Shown: positions 39,671 to 45,564 of the stretch, piece by piece
How positions within the stretch are numbered: the stretch's first letter is position 1
Layout of the letters: each line of letters opens with the position of its first letter
NCBI GenBank assembly: GCA_016783505.1
Contig: JADHWK010000016.1
Coordinates: 1-45,564 of the forward strand
Source: Candidatus Zhuqueibacterota bacterium
GTDB taxonomy: Bacteria > BS750m-G25
Reading direction: 5' to 3'
DNA length: 45,564 nt
Notes under the pieces: generated by a model
What the model was told of the DNA's origin: nothing
What the model saw: only the letters and a program-made list of their open reading frames with translations
Database searches by the model: none
Made by a program: the position numbers and the translations under genes

Positions 39671-39997
39671 TTGATGCTTATTAGTAAAGTGAGACGTTCA
39701 AAGTCAGAGAAAATTGCTTCTAAGCTATCAAAATATTTTAACATCCCTCCACCGCGTATTGATTTATGGGATAGTATCCCGGATTATTTTTATCCTGATG
39801 TTTCAAGCAGTTATTTAGACAAGAGAGGTAATGGGTTTTACATACCTAGTGAAAGAACAATTGTATTGGAATCATTCAATCAAAAGATGCAAAAGAGATA
39901 TTCAGATGAAGCTTTATTGCATTGTTTCGCTCATGAATTTGTGCATCATTTAGAAACAGTGCTTATCGGCGAGTTCCCTTCGCACAGAGGAAGCTGA
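39671..39997 (+). CDS. small HExxH metallopeptidase-like protein (inserted cargo)
   Basis: GFY..ERTIVL..HCFAHEFVHHLE; AT-rich; start uncertain. Confidence 0.55.
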   Translation: MMLISKVRRSKSEKIASKLSKYFNIPPPRIDLWDSIPDYFYPDVSSSYLDKRGNGFYIPSERTIVLESFNQKMQKRYSDEALLHCFAHEFVHHLETVLIGEFPSHRGS

Positions 39998-40249
39998 CAA
40001 AATACTCCTAAATTCTTCAGACATGAGTTCATCTTGGATACGTCCTAATTAAAAGAAAGATCTTTCAGTTGAGATAACGGTGATTGATAACCAAAAGTTT
40101 AACATTTGGTGAAACAATATAAATAGGATACAGAACCCTTTACTGGATTAGTGCATCTGAAGTTTCTGAGTCAAAAGGCCTTAAGACTGCAGAGGGAATT
40201 CTTGGTAAAAGAGAGTGATTTATCTTAATTAAGCGTAGGAGATACTCAA

Positions 40250-40720
40250 ATGGAAGGTTTCATGTTGGTGCTGTTGGGTGCCGCCTTGGCGGCTGGTCTG
40301 GCGGGTACGGGCTCGGCCTTAGGTTGTGGTATTGCCGGGCAGGCCGGGGCCGGTGTGGTCAGTGAGGATCCGGAAAAGTTCGGTCGCCTGCTTCTGCTGC
40401 AGGCCCTGCCGGGAACCCAGGGGATTTACGGGATCGTGGGACTGTTTCTGATACTTACCAAGTTGGCCGGCGTGGAGGTCGCAAATATAACCGTGGGACA
40501 GGGCTGGCAGATTGTATTTGCCAGCTTGCCCCTGGCCATTACCGGGCTGTCCTCGGGAATTTATCAGGGAAAGGTCTCCGCCGCCGGATGTAGTTTGGTG
40601 GCTAAACGCCCCGAGGAGATGGGCAAGGGGATGATCTTCGCCGTCGTCGTGGAGACCTATGCCGTCCTGGGACTGCTGGGGACAATCCTCCTATTACAGA
40701 AAATCACCCTGGGGGGCTGA
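40250..40720 (+). CDS. atpK: V/A-type ATPase subunit K (c), Na+-type
   Basis: 4 TM; LPGTQGIY, IYQG, VETYA match the Enterococcus NtpK Na+ ligands. Confidence 0.95.
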   Translation: MEGFMLVLLGAALAAGLAGTGSALGCGIAGQAGAGVVSEDPEKFGRLLLLQALPGTQGIYGIVGLFLILTKLAGVEVANITVGQGWQIVFASLPLAITGLSSGIYQGKVSAAGCSLVAKRPEEMGKGMIFAVVVETYAVLGLLGTILLLQKITLGG

Positions 40721-40981
40721 GCATCCCGAAGATCTCAAGCTCCAAATCCCATCCCGAAGGATCGGGACAAACAAATCCTATCCCGAATATTCGGGAACCA
40801 AATGTTCAAAACCAACCCTGTTTATATTATTAGGATTTGGTTATTGGACATTGTTTGCCTGCCCGGCCAGGGGAATTTGTTGCTTGATCATTGGAATTTG
40901 CTAGCTTTAGTGCTTAAGTTTTTTACAATATTCTATTGTGTTATCTCTAAGGTTTGGATATCGTCCGAATAGGAGATTAAT

Positions 40982-41578
40982 ATGGCTCTCGATGATATTA
41001 TTAACAAAATCAAAGGGGATGCCCAGGTAGAAGCCCAGAAGATAATGGAGAGGGCTTCCCTTGAGGCGGAGGAGATCCGCGAAAAAGCCCGAAGGCAGGC
41101 TGAGGAATTGAAAGCGGAAATGCTGGCCAAGGCCAAGCGCCTGGCAGAAGAGGAGGGAGAAAGGGTCCTCACCCTGGCCAGCCTGGAATTTCGTAAGGCC
41201 CTACTTCGGGAGAAACAATCTAAGATTGATGAAGCCTTTCGCCAGGCCCAGGATCGGTTAGTAAAACTGGAGCGGAAGGAATATCAGGATTTGATGAAAA
41301 ACCTTCTCATGGAAGCCGTTGAGTCCGGCGAGGAAGGGATCGTTGTCTCCACAACCCACAGAGGAATGTGGACTGACCAGTTCCTGAAGGGTGTTAACCG
41401 GATGCTGGGCCAGGGATCGGGAAGGTTAAAGCTCAGCGGGGAAACGGGGGATTTCTCGGGGGGATTCATCCTTCGCCGGGGACGGACGGAGATCAACTAT
41501 AGCTTCGAGGCTATTTTCAAAACCATCAGAGAAGATCTGGAGCCCGAGGTAGCTAAGATTTTGTTTGTGGAATCTTAA
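40982..41578 (+). CDS. atpE: V/A-type ATPase subunit E
   Basis: MALDDIINKI, coiled coil, GGFILR..EINYSFE. Confidence 0.92.
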   Translation: MALDDIINKIKGDAQVEAQKIMERASLEAEEIREKARRQAEELKAEMLAKAKRLAEEEGERVLTLASLEFRKALLREKQSKIDEAFRQAQDRLVKLERKEYQDLMKNLLMEAVESGEEGIVVSTTHRGMWTDQFLKGVNRMLGQGSGRLKLSGETGDFSGGFILRRGRTEINYSFEAIFKTIREDLEPEVAKILFVES

Positions 41579-41865
41579 CCTTAACCATTTCAACAGTTCC
41601 TTCTTCTAGGGTTTCAGAGATAGTCATTAGCGGTAAAAAGTTGGTTATATTTTGTTCTTTATTCTGATGTATTAAATCCCAGCTCAATAAATGCTTGACC
41701 TCACAATTAAGGTGTTTCGAGTTACCCGTTCACGGGTTTAGGATAAACCACAAAGTTTGGTGGTAACTTCACTTAGAATGATAGCAAAATAAAGTCATAT
41801 GATTCACAAAATTGAGGAATTAAAGTGCAGATGCAAAAGCAGAGCTTTTGCACTCCAAAGTTTAG

Positions 41866-42876
41866 TTGGATGAAGACATAGTGGACGACGGACGCTATAC
41901 TTACGCAGTAGCCCGCATCAGAGCCCTGGAGACCAAGCTCTTCGATCGGCCGCAGATTGAGAGGCTGTTGGCAGAGGACTCCCAGGGAATGCTCCGACTT
42001 TTGAAGGAATCGGACTACGCCGAATCCTTCAGTGAGGTGGGGGACCCCCACGATTTTGAACCGGCTTTAACCAGGGAGCTGGATAAGGTTCTTTCTCTGC
42101 TGACGAAGCTCTCCCCAGACAGAGAGCTGATAGATCTCTTCCGTTTGAGATATGATTACCATAATTTGAAGATTTTGCTGAAGGCTAAATATCTTGATGA
42201 GAGCGGCGATGGTGCCCTGATGGACCTGGGTATGTCGGGGCTTGCGTCTTTAAAATCCATGGTTCAGGAGGGCAAATATCTGGGTTTGATTGAACCATTA
42301 AAGGAGTGCTTCCCCGGGGCTGTGGCCGCTTACGAGAGGGAAAGCGATCCCCGGGAGATCAATCTGGCCGTTGATCGGGCGATGTGGGAGCATTTTTTAA
42401 GAATAGCGGATAAATATCACTGTGCTTTTTTGAAAGGCTTATTCCAATGTACCATCGACCTGATCAACATTAAGATTCTCCTGAGAATCAAAGGGTTTGA
42501 GTCTGAAAAGAAAGTGCTAGAAAGGAACCTGATCCCTGGTGGGATATTAGAAAAGGGTTTTTTCCTCCAAAGCTATGATGAGCCCTGGGATGCCTTCCTC
42601 ACCCAGATGGCCGTAACGCCCTATGAATATATCCTAACTGAGGGGTTGAAATCCTGGCCGGAGGATAAGTCCTTTACGCAATTTGAAATCGCCTGTGATC
42701 GTTATATCTTCCGTTATCTTGAGAAGGCAAAATACGTCGTCTTCGGGATAGAACCGCTGATCGCCTATCTCGTTTACAAAGAAAACGAGATCAAATTGAT
42801 TCGAACCATGATGGTGGGTAAGCTCAACGGCATAGACCGGGAGACCCTGGAAGCAAGGTTGAGGGTGCCATATTAG
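41866..42876 (+). CDS. atpC: V/A-type ATPase subunit C (d)
   Basis: YAVARIRALE, YDYHNLKILLK, IDLINI, FGIEPLIAY..KENEIK. Confidence 0.93.
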   Translation: MDEDIVDDGRYTYAVARIRALETKLFDRPQIERLLAEDSQGMLRLLKESDYAESFSEVGDPHDFEPALTRELDKVLSLLTKLSPDRELIDLFRLRYDYHNLKILLKAKYLDESGDGALMDLGMSGLASLKSMVQEGKYLGLIEPLKECFPGAVAAYERESDPREINLAVDRAMWEHFLRIADKYHCAFLKGLFQCTIDLINIKILLRIKGFESEKKVLERNLIPGGILEKGFFLQSYDEPWDAFLTQMAVTPYEYILTEGLKSWPEDKSFTQFEIACDRYIFRYLEKAKYVVFGIEPLIAYLVYKENEIKLIRTMMVGKLNGIDRETLEARLRVPY

Positions 42877-42982
42877 CTGTTGTTAGGTATATACTTAAGA
42901 TATGAATCCATGTACTTAAAATTTATAAGGTTAACCATAAGATTCGATTGTCAATACTTATACACATGCTGGTGAATAATAT
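42830..42982 (+). repeat. ~150-bp direct repeat (atpC 3' end + attC-like right half); second copy 45269-45417
   Basis: GCATAGAcCGG..CCCTGGAAGCAAGGTTGA..GTGCCATATTAGCTGTTGTTAG..TGCTGGTGAATAATAT in both copies. Confidence 0.9.
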
Positions 42983-43119
42983 ATTAGAATTCAAGTTTCG
43001 TATGTCTATGGGTTGTCGGCAAAAGCAGGCATTTATTTAAATATTGGTGTTTGAGTTACTATTTTTTCAAATAAATTTATATATTTATTTAACTAAACAT
43101 TAAAAGGTTAATATCAAAA

Positions 43120-44913
43120 ATGACTGTTCATAACTTTCACATTCCAGTAATGGGAATTGGCTTTACTATTGATACGCCAATCAAAGTTGCTCAATACGGA
43201 ATTTCTTCTGTAATTTCACTTGTAGACGATTTTCTTATTGAAAAAATGCGGGAATTTCATTGTAAGATATTGAATATACCTTTTGTTGCTATTGGCAAAA
43301 ATGAAGATGATTTTAGGGCTAGAAGAATCACTTCATATTTAAATCTAATTGATAAAATTGTAAAAAAGAAATTTATAGAATTAAGGGCCTCTTCATTTGA
43401 AAAAGGAAGCGAAATCATCAAATATTTAGAAATGTTGCCTGATGATTCAAAGTTAAGGCAAGTTTATAATAAAATGCTTCAGACTAAAGACAATGAAACC
43501 GTAAATAAGATGCAAAACTGGCTAAAGGAAAATTTGTTGGTAGGTTCAATAGATGTAAATATCATGACCAAACTTGATAAGACAAATTTTAAAGGGGGAA
43601 AAGAACTTTCAGTTGAGTATAACGACGGGCATGCTGCCTTACGCGGGTTTGCCTTAAGTGATTTGAATTCATCCATCGTTTTATCGGCGGGTATAAATAC
43701 ACGATTATATAGCTACTTGGCAAATTTTGAGGATTTTTATCCTGACGAGAATGGTTTTATAAAAAAGAGAATCATATTAAAAGTTAGTGACTATCGGTCA
43801 GCTTTAACACAAGGCAAATTTTTAGCAAAAAAGGGCTTGTGGGTATCAGAGTATCGTATTGAATCAGGATTAAATTGCGGGGGTCACCTCTTTGCCACTC
43901 AGGGTTACCTGTTAGGGCCAATCTTAGAGGAATTCAAGAAGCACAAAGAAGAACTTATCCACTTAACTCATGAATTGTTAGTCTCAGCCCTAAAAAACAG
44001 AAACAAACCTTTTTGCGACACTCCTTTAAACTTTAAAATCACCGTTCAAGGTGGTATTGGTAATTCAAAAGAACAAAATTTCCTTTTAAATTATTATAAA
44101 GTGGATTCAATAGGATGGGCATCTCCATTTCTTTTGGTACCGGAGGTTACAAATGTTGATCAAAACACACTTAGATTATTGAGTAATGTAAAAGAGGAAG
44201 ATCTTTATTTAAGTGATATTTCTCCTATGGGAGTTCCTTTTAATAGTTTAAAGGGCAATACCAAAGATGAAGAAAAACAGGCGTTAATAGAAAGAGGAAG
44301 ACCCGGAAGTGCTTGTCCAAAAAAAATTCTTGTTTCAAATAAAGAATTTACCAAACGAGCTATTTGTACGGCTTCACGTCAATATCAAAATCTAAAAATT
44401 AAGGAGCTCGAAAAAAAATCCCTTAATCAAAAGGAATATAAAAACTTTTTCAGGAAAATTGTCGAAAAATCATGCATTTGTGTTGGGTTGGGTACCTCGA
44501 CTTTGCTCGTAAAAAACCTGGACACAACGGTAGAAGGAAAGGGTGTTTCGGTTTGTCCGGGACCGAATATAGCCTATTTTTCAAGGGTTGTTTCGCTGCA
44601 AGAAATGGTAGATCATATATATGGCAGGATAAATATTTTAAACGAAAAATGTCGTCCAGATATGTTCGCCAAAGATTTAGATATGTATGTGGATTATTTA
44701 AGAAAAATGGTTGAGGAAAGTCTTAAGCCACTTAAGGAAAAACAAATTAAATATTTTAAGTCCTTTCAAAGTAACTTACAAGAGGGAATTAATTACTATA
44801 AAAGTCTATTTTCTAGTGTGATAGAAGAATCAAAAAGCGTGAAAGATAAATTAATTGCAGAACTAAAATATCTTGAAAACAAACTATCCTGTATATCCAT
44901 ATGCGAAACTTAA
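43120..44913 (+). CDS. conserved hypothetical (Bacteroidetes-type, possible nitronate-monooxygenase/IMPDH-like barrel), carried as gene cassette
   Basis: HIPVMGIGFTIDTP, RIESGLNCGGH, VQGGIG, KSCICVGL, VCPGPNIAYF; AT-rich. Confidence 0.75.
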   Translation: MTVHNFHIPVMGIGFTIDTPIKVAQYGISSVISLVDDFLIEKMREFHCKILNIPFVAIGKNEDDFRARRITSYLNLIDKIVKKKFIELRASSFEKGSEIIKYLEMLPDDSKLRQVYNKMLQTKDNETVNKMQNWLKENLLVGSIDVNIMTKLDKTNFKGGKELSVEYNDGHAALRGFALSDLNSSIVLSAGINTRLYSYLANFEDFYPDENGFIKKRIILKVSDYRSALTQGKFLAKKGLWVSEYRIESGLNCGGHLFATQGYLLGPILEEFKKHKEELIHLTHELLVSALKNRNKPFCDTPLNFKITVQGGIGNSKEQNFLLNYYKVDSIGWASPFLLVPEVTNVDQNTLRLLSNVKEEDLYLSDISPMGVPFNSLKGNTKDEEKQALIERGRPGSACPKKILVSNKEFTKRAICTASRQYQNLKIKELEKKSLNQKEYKNFFRKIVEKSCICVGLGTSTLLVKNLDTTVEGKGVSVCPGPNIAYFSRVVSLQEMVDHIYGRINILNEKCRPDMFAKDLDMYVDYLRKMVEESLKPLKEKQIKYFKSFQSNLQEGINYYKSLFSSVIEESKSVKDKLIAELKYLENKLSCISICET

Positions 44914-44914
44914 A

Positions 44915-45049
44915 TTCTAACAACCGCTGCACCAGACGCCAAAAGAAGGGGCGCGAATTTAAAAGTTTGGAAGTCCGCATAAAGTTTTGTTTGTTACCAA
45001 AAGTCAATAGCTCAGCAAGTTTCGGTGCCGGTGAGCTTCTTCATTAAAC
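44915..45049 (+). mobile_element. integron attC site
   Basis: R'' TTCTAAC just after the stop; GCT(G)CACC(A)GACGCC pairs with GGTGCCGGTGAGC; R' position reads ATTAAAC. Confidence 0.8.
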
Positions 45050-45069
45050 AATAATAAGGTCGGTTGTCT

Positions 45070-45237
45070 ATGTCTAAAATCGCCATGGTGGGGGACAGGG
45101 ATTCTATCTGGGCCTTCAAAGCTTTTGGATTTTCCCTCTGTTTCGTAAAGGATGGGGAGGAGAAGGAGGACTTAGCAAAAAGTGATCAAACACCCTACGG
45201 GTGTTTTAGGCAACCTTTTTTAATTACAAGGGATTGA
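45070..45237 (+). pseudogene. atpF: truncated V/A-type ATPase subunit F
   Basis: MSKIAMVGDRDSIWAFKAFG then runs into palindrome pair and stops after 55 aa. Confidence 0.75.
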
Positions 45238-45255
45238 AAGACACCCGTAGGGTGT
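45190..45255. repeat. inverted pair of REP-like palindromes
   Basis: ACACCCTACGGGTGT (45190-45204) and its exact reverse complement (45241-45255). Confidence 0.75.
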
Positions 45256-45268
45256 CGGATCGCTCTTA

Positions 45269-45417
45269 GCATAGATCGGGGAACCCTGGAAGCAAGGTTG
45301 ATGGTGCCATATTAGCTGTTGTTAGATACTTAATATATGAATCCATGTACTTAAAATTTATAAGCTTAACCATAAGATTCAATTGTTAATACTTATATAC
45401 GTGCTGGTGAATAATAT
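45269..45417 (+). repeat. second copy of atpC 3' end + attC-like right half
   Basis: Near-identical to 42830-42982. Confidence 0.9.
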
Positions 45418-45442
45418 GTCGGCCACCCCAAGGAGAAATCAA

Positions 45443-45564
45443 ATGAAGGTTATTCATTTTAACCAAGCCGAGAATTATGAACCTGAAAAGGACTGGAAAC
45501 GGGTTAGCATTTGCAATCAAGATGACATCTCAGTTGAGCATTTCGTCAAGCCACAGAAGCACGC
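45443..45564 (+). CDS. probable cupin-domain protein (runs off right edge)
   Basis: SD AAGGAG; MKVIHFNQAENYEPEKDWKRVSICNQDDISVEHFVKP. Confidence 0.5.
   Translation, partial: MKVIHFNQAENYEPEKDWKRVSICNQDDISVEHFVKPQKH

Noticed and set aside
13336-40797. CRISPR array from the recurring ATCCCGAA..TCGGGA palindromes
   Set aside because: Copies are dispersed, not regularly spaced with unique spacers, and no cas genes are present.
106-45007. Numerous antisense and alternate-frame ORFs in the track
   Set aside because: They overlap well-supported genes in GC-rich sequence and show no recognisable motifs.
42830-45417. Diversity-generating retroelement TR/VR pair
   Set aside because: No reverse transcriptase in the window and mismatches are not confined to adenines.

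Overview
Bacterial chromosomal segment, probably from an anaerobic FCB-superphylum organism (inference from gene content only). Apart from a TPR gene at the left edge, all credible genes are on the + strand. Left part: housekeeping genes (glgA, lipoprotein, FadL-like barrel, TPR, rpiB, glyA, dCMP deaminase, WD40). From 14.5 kb on: an ion-bioenergetics supercluster with (i) complete rnfCDGEAB, (ii) directly behind it a remodelled complex I membrane module nuoJ-K-L-(deleted M)-N, (iii) a CPA2 antiporter with PTS-IIA-like and PII-like genes, (iv) a second Rnf/Na+-NQR hybrid (nqrB-C-D-E-A-F order, NqrA-like subunit still carrying 2x[4Fe-4S] motifs), and (v) a Na+-type V/A-ATPase (H,I,K,E,C, truncated F). 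Best candidates for new biology: (1) nuoM is reduced to a stub while NuoL has an in-frame shortened lateral-helix region and NuoJ/K/L have lost several conserved charged residues, suggesting a two-antiporter JKLN module beside Rnf; (2) many gene junctions carry AT-rich cargo (HEPN-motif, SieB-like, MuF-like, TA genes), some clearly integron cassettes with attC sites but no integrase in the window, plus duplicated gene 3' ends and nested palindromic mini-elements. All family calls come from motif recognition by eye; no searches were run.
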